Assembly: GCA_020348985.1 (NCBI GenBank)
Contig: CP070761.1
Span: forward strand, 663,123-727,122
Source: Candidatus Thorarchaeota archaeon
Lineage (GTDB): Archaea; Asgardarchaeota; Thorarchaeia; Thorarchaeales; Thorarchaeaceae
Direction: 5' to 3'
Length of the DNA: 64,000 bases
How positions within the stretch are numbered: position 1 is the stretch's first letter; every line of letters starts with the position of its first letter. The notes under the pieces were generated by a model. It was not told where the DNA came from, did no database searches, and worked only from the letters and a program-made list of their open reading frames with translations. Of the stretch, positions 9,987-19,012 are shown in pieces. Position numbers and translations under genes: made by a program.

Positions 9987-10649
9987 ATGAAACCTCTACT
10001 TGCACCCTCAATTCTCTCGGCAAACTTCTCAAGACTGGAGGATGACATTAGGGCTGCCGAGAGAGGCGGCGCCGATTACTTCCACCTTGACATCATGGAT
10101 GGCCATTTTGTTCCAAACATTTCCTACGGCCCTATGATTGCAGAGGTAATGAAATCAATCACTGACATTCCGCTTGATGCACATCTAATGATCACAAAAC
10201 CTAGAGAATACATTCCGAAGTTCATCGATGCAGGAGTAGAGATTATCTATCCTCACGTAGAGGCGTCCTATGACGTGTATCGTACTGTACAGATGATCAC
10301 TGACTTAGGAGGAAAAGCTGGTATTACGCTCAATCCCGGCACGCCCGTTGATTCTGTTGTGCCATTGCTTGACTTGCTTGATTCTGTTCTCATAATGAGT
10401 GTCTGTCCAGGTTTTGGTGGACAGAAGTTCATCCCATCAAGCACTGGAAGAATCACAAAGCTTAGAGGAATCCTCGACGAGCTGAAACCAAGCGTGCGCA
10501 TTGCAGTTGACGGTGGAGTTGGTCTCGATAACATAGGCGCCCTTCTTAAGGCTGGAGCCGACTTCTTCATAGCAGGCTCGGCCATCTTCCACGCAGATGA
10601 CATCGAGGGCACAGTTAAAGCGATGAAAAAGGCCATGGAGTCAGCTTAG
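9987..10649 (+). CDS. rpe: Ribulose-phosphate 3-epimerase
   Basis: APSILSA, HLDIMDGHFVPNISYG, DAHLMI, MSVxPGFGGQKF, VDGGV. Confidence 0.97.
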   Translation: MKPLLAPSILSANFSRLEDDIRAAERGGADYFHLDIMDGHFVPNISYGPMIAEVMKSITDIPLDAHLMITKPREYIPKFIDAGVEIIYPHVEASYDVYRTVQMITDLGGKAGITLNPGTPVDSVVPLLDLLDSVLIMSVCPGFGGQKFIPSSTGRITKLRGILDELKPSVRIAVDGGVGLDNIGALLKAGADFFIAGSAIFHADDIEGTVKAMKKAMESA

Positions 10650-10735
10650 AAACTCTGCACACGATACCCTACGGTTTAAATCGTGAATTGGGTTCTCATT
10701 CGCTGTATAACTCCACTAATCGGAGATGACAACCA

Positions 10736-11386
10736 TTGAAGTTCTTTATCGATACTGCGAATGTTGACGCCATTAGAAAGGCACACGAGAGGGGTATGGT
10801 TGACGGTGTTACCACAAACCCGAGTCTCGTGGCAAAAGAAGGTCGCGATTTCAAAACAATTGTGAAGGAGATTGCTTCTTTTGTCGAGGGTCCTATAAGC
10901 CTCGAAGTTGTTAGTGAAGACGCAGAAGGCATGCTGAAAGAAGCCCGTGATCTAAACGGCTGGATTGACAATGCTGCAATCAAGATTCCTCTCACTTGGG
11001 AAGGCCTCAGAGCCACCAAGCAATGTGCAGATGAAGGAATCAAGACAAACGTGACACTCTGTTTTAGCGCAAACCAAGCAATCTTGGCAGCCAAGGCTGG
11101 AGCCACCTTTGTGAGCCCCTTCATTGGTCGACTTGACGATGTCGGTCATTCAGGAATGCAGTTGATTGCTGACATGGTTCAAATCTATGCCAACTACGGC
11201 TATGAGACAGAGGTCATTGTTGCTAGCATTCGTCACCCACTTCATGTGTTCGAAGCTGCAATGCTCGGGGCAGACATTGCCACAATCCCACCTGCTGTGA
11301 TTGATAAGATGGTCCAACATCCCTTGACGGATGTGGGCATAGAGCGCTTTCTTGCTGATTGGGAGAAGGTGAAGGGCAAGAAATGA
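10736..11386 (+). CDS. tal: Transaldolase / fructose-6-phosphate aldolase (short type)
   Basis: [15 protein letters not shown], Schiff-base [27 protein letters not shown]. Confidence 0.93.
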   Translation: MKFFIDTANVDAIRKAHERGMVDGVTTNPSLVAKEGRDFKTIVKEIASFVEGPISLEVVSEDAEGMLKEARDLNGWIDNAAIKIPLTWEGLRATKQCADEGIKTNVTLCFSANQAILAAKAGATFVSPFIGRLDDVGHSGMQLIADMVQIYANYGYETEVIVASIRHPLHVFEAAMLGADIATIPPAVIDKMVQHPLTDVGIERFLADWEKVKGKK

Positions 11387-11472
11387 TGAAGGAAGATGCT
11401 TTATTGCGAGACGGGACACGACAAGAAAGATATGTTCGATTCTCTGGTTAGAAGAGGCTGGAGAGAGACTAC

Positions 11473-13023
11473 ATGAGAATAGAGGCGGACCTGATTGTTT
11501 ACAACGCCAAAATCGTCACAATGGATCCAGCGAAACCTATGGCCTCAGCGCTTGCTGTGAAAAGCTACAAGGTTCTTGCAATAGGCAGTGAGGAAGAGAT
11601 AGCGGAGCTTGCAACAGACGCAAAACGAGTGGTTGATCTGGGTGGAAAGACGGTAGTTCCTGGATTCATTGATGCGCATACACACTTGACCAGCGCAGGG
11701 ATTCGGTCCAAGCATGTAGACCTCATGGGTATAAAATCTCGTGCGGGCGCTCTAGAGAAGGTCCGTGCGGCACTGAAGAATTACGGACCAGATGAATGGG
11801 TTCGTGGACATGGATGGGACGAGAGCCTCTGGGGAGAGAAAGAGTACCTGACCGCCAAGGATCTTGACGATATCAGTAGAGAACAGCCCATCGCCCTTTA
11901 TCGGATTGATGGACATCTTCTTTCTGTTAACACTCCAGGACTTGCAAAGCTCAAGTTCTCACCGGAGCATGAGGGTGTTGAGAGATTCAGAGGGAAACCT
12001 ACCGGGGTCCTAAAGGACATGGAAGATGTATTCAAACAACTAAGAGCTGGTCCTGAAGAGACCCTAGAGGGCGTTGAAGCAGGGAACAAGATAGCCAATA
12101 TGCATGGCATAACTGCGGCCGTTGACAACGTCTCTGCCGGATATCTAAGACAGATTCGCGTGGCAGAGCGCGAAGGGAGACTCAGCACAAGAATGATTGT
12201 TAATCCTCCAGCAGAACAGATGAAGTATCTGATTGAGATCGGATTAAGTTCAGGGATGGGCAGTCCCTTGCTCCGCATTGGAGGTGTGAAGTCATACCTT
12301 GATGGTTCCATCGGGGCAAGGACCGCGTACTTGAGCGAAGATTACTCTGACGACAAGGGCAACAAGGGAAGACTCTTAATTCCTGAGAGAACGTTCAGGA
12401 GATTCGTACGAACAGCTGTTGAGAACGGGATTCAGACTGTCAACCATGCTATTGGAGATGCAGCTTTGGAGATAGTCATTTCTGCGTTTGAAGATATTGC
12501 TGACAATACACTAGTCAGAGAACAGAGACATCGGATAGAGCATGCTGAGATGATTAGTGAGGACCAAATACGACGGGCAGTAAGTCTAGGTCTGATATTG
12601 TCAATGCAGCCGAACTTCATAGGTGAATGGGGACTGAGGGGCGGCATGTACTACGATAGACTTGGAAAGGAACGTGTGGAGACAATGCACATGTTCCGAG
12701 TCGCCCTTGACAATGGCGCTCACATCTGTTTTGGATCCGATGGTATGCCCTACGGCCCATTGTATGGGATTTGGTGTGCAACTGATCCTCCTTTTCCAGA
12801 AATGCAGATGACGGTTGAAGAAGCATTGCGCTGCTACACAATGGAAAGTGCATATTCAGTCTTCATGGAGAATAACATTGGAAGTCTCAGAGAAGGAAAG
12901 AGAGCTGACCTCACTGTTCTCTCAGACAACATATTGGAGATACCAAACTCCCGAATCAAGGATGTCACAGTGGATATGACAATTGTAGGTGGTATCGTAG
13001 AATACTCAGCCCTTGCAGAATAG
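11473..13023 (+). CDS. YtcJ-like metal-dependent amidohydrolase (Amidohydro_3)
   Basis: PGFIDAHTH, DGH, DGSIGARTA, HAIGD, RHRIEHAE, FGSD. Confidence 0.9.
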   Translation: MRIEADLIVYNAKIVTMDPAKPMASALAVKSYKVLAIGSEEEIAELATDAKRVVDLGGKTVVPGFIDAHTHLTSAGIRSKHVDLMGIKSRAGALEKVRAALKNYGPDEWVRGHGWDESLWGEKEYLTAKDLDDISREQPIALYRIDGHLLSVNTPGLAKLKFSPEHEGVERFRGKPTGVLKDMEDVFKQLRAGPEETLEGVEAGNKIANMHGITAAVDNVSAGYLRQIRVAEREGRLSTRMIVNPPAEQMKYLIEIGLSSGMGSPLLRIGGVKSYLDGSIGARTAYLSEDYSDDKGNKGRLLIPERTFRRFVRTAVENGIQTVNHAIGDAALEIVISAFEDIADNTLVREQRHRIEHAEMISEDQIRRAVSLGLILSMQPNFIGEWGLRGGMYYDRLGKERVETMHMFRVALDNGAHICFGSDGMPYGPLYGIWCATDPPFPEMQMTVEEALRCYTMESAYSVFMENNIGSLREGKRADLTVLSDNILEIPNSRIKDVTVDMTIVGGIVEYSALAE

Positions 13024-13031
13024 GTGGTGTC

Positions 13032-14837
13032 ATGGGCAGAGTTCGTGTCCTCAGCGATGATGTGATCTCACTCATCTCAGCAGGGGAGGTGATCGAGAAT
13101 CCATCGTCCGTTGTCAAGGAACTAGTCGAAAACTCGCTAGACGCAGGGGCAACGTCAGTAGAGATTGCTATTCAAGATGGAGGCAAGTTGTCGATCGGTG
13201 TTTCCGACAACGGAAGTGGAATCATAAAGGAAGACGTACCGCTGAGTATCCTCCGCTATTCAACTAGCAAGTTGGAAACCAAAGATGACATAGACAGCAT
13301 CACAACGTACGGATTTCGCGGAGAGGCACTTGCCAGCATTGCGGCTGTTGCCACATTGAAGATCACAACCAGGGCGAGCGAAGAGGAAGTGGGCACGCAT
13401 CTGGTCTCAAGAGTTGGAGAAAAACCGTCTATCAGCGAGAAAGCCAGAACTGCTGGCACAACGATAGAGGTCTCGGATCTTTTCTCGAAGGTGCCTGCAA
13501 GACAAAAGCATCTCGATGATTCTAGAACAGAAGGGAGACGCGTACATACCGCAGTCATGCGCCACGCTATTGTCCGCCCCGATGTAGGATTTCGTCTAAG
13601 TCGTGACGGAGAAATCATTATGGATTGCCCAGCAGGACAGTCGGCCGGAGATAGAGTTCTGAGCCTGTGGGGCAGCGAGGTGTCAAAAGGCCTTGAAGAT
13701 GTTGATTATAGCAGAGATATGATTAGAGTCACCGGCTTCATCGTCAAGCCACCGGCCTCAAGAGGCAATCGAGGAAGAGAGTTCTTCTCTGTTATTCGAA
13801 GACCGATTGAGGATTCGCGTCTAAGTAAGGCGGTTGAGGCGGCCTACTCAACTCTGCTAATGAGAGGCAGATTTCCAATCGTCTGCCTTGACATCTCTTT
13901 GGATGTATCAAGAGTTGATACCAACGTCCATCCTGCGAAGCGTGAAGTCAGAATAGCCAACATCGACGAGGTCGTGGACGTCGTGGCATCGGCAGTCAAG
14001 AATGCTCTTTTTGCAACCGGAGAAGTCGTCGACACCAAGGACCTTACGTCATTTCCAGGGCTGGCCGAAGAGGCAGCTTCAACTAGAACATTTGTAGAAT
14101 CTTCGGAAACCGACAGACCCATTGAGACAAGGCCTGCACTATTAGAGCATCTCTCCCTGATTGAAGAAAGTGACCTTGAGCTACTCAGCGAAACGCTCGA
14201 CATTGACATTCTTGATGGCGAATTCCGAATCATCGGACAGTTTGACAAGTTGTTTGTCCTCCTCGAGTTCGGTGACGACTTGGTATTCATCGATCAACAT
14301 GCCGTTCATGAGAGAATCCTGTATGAAAGACTCAAGGACCGGCTTGATGCGGGTAGTGTCGTTGTTCAAGAGCTGCTGGAGCCAATTGTGTTGACACTGA
14401 ATCCAGGGGATGCAGAACGGATCGTTGAGCTATCCGAATTGTTGGGAAAACTTGGATTTGAGATTGGTACCTTCGGTGGGAATGAGATTCTTGTATCTGC
14501 CCTCCCCGATGTCTTGGGCAGATTGGCTTCTGAGAATGAGCTCCTCTCGATAATTGATAGAGTCTTGGACCTAGGAGAAGAGATGGGTGTTGAGGATTTC
14601 ATGGATGAGGTAGTGAAGACTACGGCGTGTCATTCAGCAATAAAAGCAGGCATGACACTTGGTCCAGATGAGATTAGAAATCTCCTCGTTGAGATGGCGG
14701 ATACGCCCAATAGATACTATTGCTGTCACGGAAGACCTAGCATAGCCAAGATCAAACGGCAAACCCTTGATCGAAGATTCGGAAGAACACGCCCCGATGC
14801 AATCGATAGATACAAGTCTCGGCACGGCATCAAGTAA
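13032..14837 (+). CDS. mutL: DNA mismatch repair endonuclease MutL
   Basis: AGEVIENPSSVVKELVENSLDAG, GFRGEAL, NVHPAKREV, endonuclease motif DQHAVHERILYE, ACH, CCHGRP. Confidence 0.97.
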   Translation: MGRVRVLSDDVISLISAGEVIENPSSVVKELVENSLDAGATSVEIAIQDGGKLSIGVSDNGSGIIKEDVPLSILRYSTSKLETKDDIDSITTYGFRGEALASIAAVATLKITTRASEEEVGTHLVSRVGEKPSISEKARTAGTTIEVSDLFSKVPARQKHLDDSRTEGRRVHTAVMRHAIVRPDVGFRLSRDGEIIMDCPAGQSAGDRVLSLWGSEVSKGLEDVDYSRDMIRVTGFIVKPPASRGNRGREFFSVIRRPIEDSRLSKAVEAAYSTLLMRGRFPIVCLDISLDVSRVDTNVHPAKREVRIANIDEVVDVVASAVKNALFATGEVVDTKDLTSFPGLAEEAASTRTFVESSETDRPIETRPALLEHLSLIEESDLELLSETLDIDILDGEFRIIGQFDKLFVLLEFGDDLVFIDQHAVHERILYERLKDRLDAGSVVVQELLEPIVLTLNPGDAERIVELSELLGKLGFEIGTFGGNEILVSALPDVLGRLASENELLSIIDRVLDLGEEMGVEDFMDEVVKTTACHSAIKAGMTLGPDEIRNLLVEMADTPNRYYCCHGRPSIAKIKRQTLDRRFGRTRPDAIDRYKSRHGIK

Positions 14838-14921
14838 GTTGTGACTTAGAGTTGCATGAAATGAGCTACAGCAAGAGTCATTTGATAGATAGTGGCATCG
14901 AAGAAAGAGGCTTGTATTCTC

Positions 14922-16319
14922 ATGGCTACAACACTCAAGGCGTCCACCAAGATTCTAGAGTTGACCAAAACGTATCCATTCCTCTTCGACACACTGGTTG
15001 GAATATCGCCAAAGCTGAAGAGGCTACAGAATCCGATATTGCAGAAGACCATTGGCAAACGCGCTACGCTAACTGATGTTTCCAAGATGGCTGACATCCC
15101 ACTAAATCGGCTCTTCGAGAAACTGGCCAAATCGATCTCGGACAACACAAGCGATTCTGTGGTGATAAACAAGGAGGACAAGGAAATAGGTGAATGGCAA
15201 GAGGAACTTCAGAGAAGACAGAGAGCTCTGAAGGATCTGATTCTGGAACTGCACCGGGGCGAGGATCTAGAAGGCTTGCAGGCAAAGTTCAAAGAAATCC
15301 TCAAGGATGTCAGTGCAACAGAAATAGCAGAAATGGAGCAGTCGCTTATCTCATCTGGTGAGCTTACTGCGGAACAAGTGACCGCACTCTGTGACCTTCA
15401 TGTGCTGGTCTTCAAGGAATCGCTTGATGTCCAACAGACTCCTGAAACAACACCTGGTCATCCAATTCACACTTACATGTGTGAGAATAAGGAGGCACAG
15501 AAGCTAGTAGATCACCTGAAAGCGAATCCTGATGATAAGGATGCCATAGAAGAACTCGGAAAAATCGTAGTGCATTATACCAGACTACAGAATCAGCTCT
15601 TCCCAATGCTCGAGAGCAGAGGGATTACTGGCCCATCAACGGTGATGTGGGCAAAACAAGATGAAATCCGCGAGATGATCAATTCGCCAACTGACTCGAG
15701 TCTTGGTGAACTTCTGGCTGCCGTTGAAGATCTAATCTACAAGGAGAACAATATTCTCTTTCCTACTGCGCTAGAGAACCTTTCAGAATACGATTGGGTA
15801 AAAGTTCGTGTGGGAGAGGAAGAGATAGGATACGCTTGGATCACACCGGGAGCTAAATGGGAACCGATTACTCCAATGGATATTCATCAAACCGACCAGA
15901 CGCCTTCATCCCCAGAGATTAAACTGAATACAGGTAGCTTGACGCTCAAGGAAGTTGATTTAGTTCTTAGACACCTGCCCTTCGACATGTCTTTTGTCGG
16001 GGTGGATGAGGAAGTGAAATACTACTCCGCAACGGATGATCGAATCTTTCCGAGGAGCCCGGGTGTAATAGGGAGAAGTGTCATTAACTGTCACCCTCGC
16101 AAGAGTTTCGACAAGGTTCAGCGGATAATGAAGTACTTCAAACAAGGTAAGAAGGACAAAGCCGTCTTCTGGATTCAGATGAAAGAACGGTTCATTCTCA
16201 TTAGTTACTTCGCTGTCAGAGATGACAATGGAGAATTCGTGGGAACTCTTGAGGTCTCACAGGATGTCACAGACATACGGAGCCTCGAAGGAGAGCAGCG
16301 ACTTCTCGATTGGGATTGA
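14922..16319 (+). CDS. DUF438 / hemerythrin-like / PAS domain protein (N-terminal DUF1858-like)
   Basis: EIAEMEQSLI, LCDLH, PGHPIHT, KENNILFP, PAS segment RIFPRSPGVIGRSVINCHP...LEVSQD. Confidence 0.85.
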   Translation: MATTLKASTKILELTKTYPFLFDTLVGISPKLKRLQNPILQKTIGKRATLTDVSKMADIPLNRLFEKLAKSISDNTSDSVVINKEDKEIGEWQEELQRRQRALKDLILELHRGEDLEGLQAKFKEILKDVSATEIAEMEQSLISSGELTAEQVTALCDLHVLVFKESLDVQQTPETTPGHPIHTYMCENKEAQKLVDHLKANPDDKDAIEELGKIVVHYTRLQNQLFPMLESRGITGPSTVMWAKQDEIREMINSPTDSSLGELLAAVEDLIYKENNILFPTALENLSEYDWVKVRVGEEEIGYAWITPGAKWEPITPMDIHQTDQTPSSPEIKLNTGSLTLKEVDLVLRHLPFDMSFVGVDEEVKYYSATDDRIFPRSPGVIGRSVINCHPRKSFDKVQRIMKYFKQGKKDKAVFWIQMKERFILISYFAVRDDNGEFVGTLEVSQDVTDIRSLEGEQRLLDWD

Positions 16320-16416
16320 TGAGATAGGAAGTCCTTCGATTTGGAGCTAGCAGCCAGTTGCTCAATGGGAAAAGGAGAAAGCTGAGGTCGAATGCTCATA
16401 ATGTAGAAGCTGATGT

Positions 16417-16848
16417 TTGATGAGTTCGAGTTGTAGTAGTGATATTGAAGCAGTAGAAGAAGCAGTGATGACATATGTCGAGGGCATTGTTGACTTCCAG
16501 TTTGACAAGGCGGAGAGTCCTTGGCATCAAGATGGAGTCAAGATATCCTACAACGCCGAAGCGAAGACACTCAACAAGAAAACAATCGGTGAAACCAGAC
16601 CCAATCTAGATCAAAGTCAGATTGGGCAGATGATGAAGAGAGTAACTCAACAAGGAAGAATCGAGTCGTCGGATGTGACCGGAAATGCAGCATTTGTCAA
16701 ACTCGTCTGGGATTTCCAAAAAGATGGTGAGAAGAAAGAAATCACCGACTACATACTTCTTCTCAAGATTGATGGTGAATGGAAGATAGTAGGGAAAGCA
16801 TTCAATGAGACAGCCATCACCGGCCAGGGTGGGACTAGCTCGCTCTAA
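16417..16848 (+). CDS. NTF2/SnoaL-like (putative lumazine-binding) protein
   Basis: AVEEAVMTYVEG...DYILLLKIDGEWKIVGK pattern. Confidence 0.75.
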   Translation: MMSSSCSSDIEAVEEAVMTYVEGIVDFQFDKAESPWHQDGVKISYNAEAKTLNKKTIGETRPNLDQSQIGQMMKRVTQQGRIESSDVTGNAAFVKLVWDFQKDGEKKEITDYILLLKIDGEWKIVGKAFNETAITGQGGTSSL

Positions 16849-16960
16849 TAGGGGGAACGAGTGAAGTAGAGTTTTGCGCCCATTCCAGGTTTCCCTAGGG
16901 CCCAAATCTTCCCTGAGTGATCCCGGACTATTCTTCGAACAATGGTGAATCCACGTGACG

Positions 16961-17030
16961 GAGTTCCCACGATCCATTTGCACATCACAGTAGTTGATGG
17001 TCAGCGTCATATATGGGGACGTGGGAACTC
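16961..17030. repeat. 11-bp perfect inverted repeat within a longer imperfect hairpin
   Basis: GAGTTCCCACG (16961-16971) and CGTGGGAACTC (17020-17030); inner CATCA/TGATG stem. Confidence 0.7.
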
Positions 17031-17092
17031 AGCCACTGGTCCTGTATATACAAACACAGATGCGGATATGCAGAAGAATCGAAGAGTACTCT

Positions 17093-18005
17093 TTTATCCC
17101 AGACTGGGGAAAGCCAAGGTCATGAAGAAACTCAACAATTGGATATCAAGAGAAGATGAAGACGGACAAATCGTGTGGTTCTTGCTGAACCGTCCCGACA
17201 AGCGTAATGCCTTCGGTGACGAGGTAGCAGAGGAATTCGTTGAATTCATTGATGGATTGAAGTCTAACTCGAAGATACGTGTTCTAGTGATTTCCAGCGC
17301 TCTGGATGAAGTGTTCACTGCCGGAGCAGATATCAAAGAGCTTATGGCAATATACGAAGATGAGCCATATAGTGCAGCCTTCCAGATGTCGAAGACTGTT
17401 CAAACCATGTTTGCCAAGCTTGAGAACCTGCCTATCCCGGTCATCTCAGCTGTCAAGGGCCTATGCCTTACAGCAGGTCTTGAAATGTCGATGTGCTGCG
17501 ACGTCATCGTCGCGGCTGACAATGCCAAGTTCGGTCAAATCGAAACGAAGTATGGAATAATACCAGGTGGGGGCGGAACACAACGGCTGACTCGACTTGT
17601 AGGTTCTTTGAAGGCGAGGGAGCTAATCTATACTTGCGACATCATAGATGCCCCGGAAGCTCAGCGAATTGGATTGGTGAACTTGGTGGTTCCGCTTTCC
17701 GAGCTGGAAGAGTCTGTCAATGCACTGTGTAGAAGAATAATCAAGAGACCCAAGCTGGCAATCACAAGAGCAAAAGAGCTAACAGGGAGAGCATTCTACG
17801 AAAACCCAGAGGGATACGGCGGAGAGAATAGAGGCTTTGGCGAGACTTTCGCAACAGGAGAGCCATTGGAAAGGTTGTCCGAGTTCATCAAACCCAGCAA
17901 GGGCAAGAAAGACAATTGAAGAATAAGCGGAATGAAATTGCCAAGACTTCTCATTTATCCCAGACTGAGGAAAGCCAAGGTCATTAAGGAATTCAACAGC
18001 TGGAT
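17093..18005 (+). repeat. 52-bp imperfect direct repeat (17093-17144 and 17954-18005) bracketing the enoyl-CoA hydratase gene
   Basis: TTTATCCCAGACTGGGGAAAGCCAAGGTCATGAAGAAACTCAACAATTGGAT vs TTTATCCCAGACTGAGGAAAGCCAAGGTCATTAAGGAATTCAACAGCTGGAT; 46/52 identical by eye. Confidence 0.9.
17122..17919 (+). CDS. Enoyl-CoA hydratase/isomerase (crotonase) family
   Basis: LNRPDKRNA, FTAGADIKE, AGLE and IETKYGIIPGGGGTQRL with both catalytic Glu; start at ATG 17122. Confidence 0.92.
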   Translation: MKKLNNWISREDEDGQIVWFLLNRPDKRNAFGDEVAEEFVEFIDGLKSNSKIRVLVISSALDEVFTAGADIKELMAIYEDEPYSAAFQMSKTVQTMFAKLENLPIPVISAVKGLCLTAGLEMSMCCDVIVAADNAKFGQIETKYGIIPGGGGTQRLTRLVGSLKARELIYTCDIIDAPEAQRIGLVNLVVPLSELEESVNALCRRIIKRPKLAITRAKELTGRAFYENPEGYGGENRGFGETFATGEPLERLSEFIKPSKGKKDN

Positions 18006-18112
18006 GGTGTAGGCTAGTCTCTTTCCATATTGATTGTTGTTTAGAATTCTCTTGCTTGGATGGTCTAGCCTAAAGGCTAGGAAACATTGGACGACAATCA
18101 GGAGGCTCGTAA

Positions 18113-18841
18113 GTGAGGCCAATCAAGCTTAAGACGCTCGTAAAACCGATTATTCGGAGAGCAATTTGGAATGCAAAGAAAAAAGCTGTTTCTCAAACAT
18201 TGACACCGAGATGTAGAAAGGATGGACTTCCAGAATTTGGTCGCTTTACTCCCGCCGAAATAAAACGAATACTTCTCCAAGCAAAATCGAATATTCAAGA
18301 GTTAATGCCATACTTCATCGACCTTGACAATATTGGTAATTACATGAATGAATACGGTGGACTAGTTGATTTAGCTGTATATAGAGCTCTGGTAAAAGAG
18401 CGAATAGAACCAACCTACGCTATGAACCTAGTCGGGGATATGATATGGCAAACTCGTATGAATGCTAACGGCCTAGTCCCAATATACGACCCAATAAGAT
18501 TGAAGCTGGCTGAATTGAGGACAAAGGGTCCAGTCGCCTTCCTGGAAAGGCGACTAAGAGATGGGCTAAAGTTTCCCTATAGTGAACCGGGTTACAAAGC
18601 AGAACTATACAAAGACAAAGATGTGTATTGTATGGATTTCTATTCATGTGCAGTTCATGACTTCTACAAGCAGTTTGGAGAAGAAGAAATGAAGTTGTTC
18701 AGAAGGTCCTGGTGTACATTCGATTATTCTGTGGCAGAAATTCTTGTTGAAGGCGGGAAGTATCAGAGAGAACACACTCTGTCTGATGGTGATGAAGTGT
18801 GTGACATGAGATGGTTCATCGATAAGCAGCCACCAGTTTGA
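18113..18841 (+). CDS. L-2-amino-thiazoline-4-carboxylic acid hydrolase-like protein
   Basis: C-terminal C...WCTFDY...REHTLSDGDEVCDMRW Cys pattern. Confidence 0.7.
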   Translation: MRPIKLKTLVKPIIRRAIWNAKKKAVSQTLTPRCRKDGLPEFGRFTPAEIKRILLQAKSNIQELMPYFIDLDNIGNYMNEYGGLVDLAVYRALVKERIEPTYAMNLVGDMIWQTRMNANGLVPIYDPIRLKLAELRTKGPVAFLERRLRDGLKFPYSEPGYKAELYKDKDVYCMDFYSCAVHDFYKQFGEEEMKLFRRSWCTFDYSVAEILVEGGKYQREHTLSDGDEVCDMRWFIDKQPPV

Positions 18842-19012
18842 ACTGTCCAAATCTTTCGAAGTTCTGCTAGATTATCTGTAGCTTGTGACTCTTAGATGAA
18901 AGCAACTCATAGTTCCTGTGGCAAACCACTCTGTGGCATTCCATCTCAAATCCTGTAATTCCAAAGCTCTTTGCCTAGCAGCTCTTCGATGTAATCTGCG
19001 GGGGCATATGAA

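Noticed and set aside
9851-10048. N-terminal extension of the 342-aa minus-strand ORF
   Set aside because: It overlaps the rpe start on the opposite strand; ATG 9850 directly precedes the TM and leaves a normal divergent promoter gap.
16951-17039. SECIS element interpretation of the hairpin
   Set aside because: The GA quartet is not matched on the 3' arm, and no adjacent gene shows a plausible in-frame UGA.
16942-17121. 60-aa N-terminal extension of the enoyl-CoA hydratase
   Set aside because: Not crotonase-like and it runs through the hairpin/promoter region; ATG 17122 gives the typical length.
14838-18910. Short shared words (CTGTAGCT, TGACTCTT, GCAACTC) between the post-mutL gap and about 18875-18910
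   Set aside because: The words occur in a different order and are too short to support an att site or terminal repeat.
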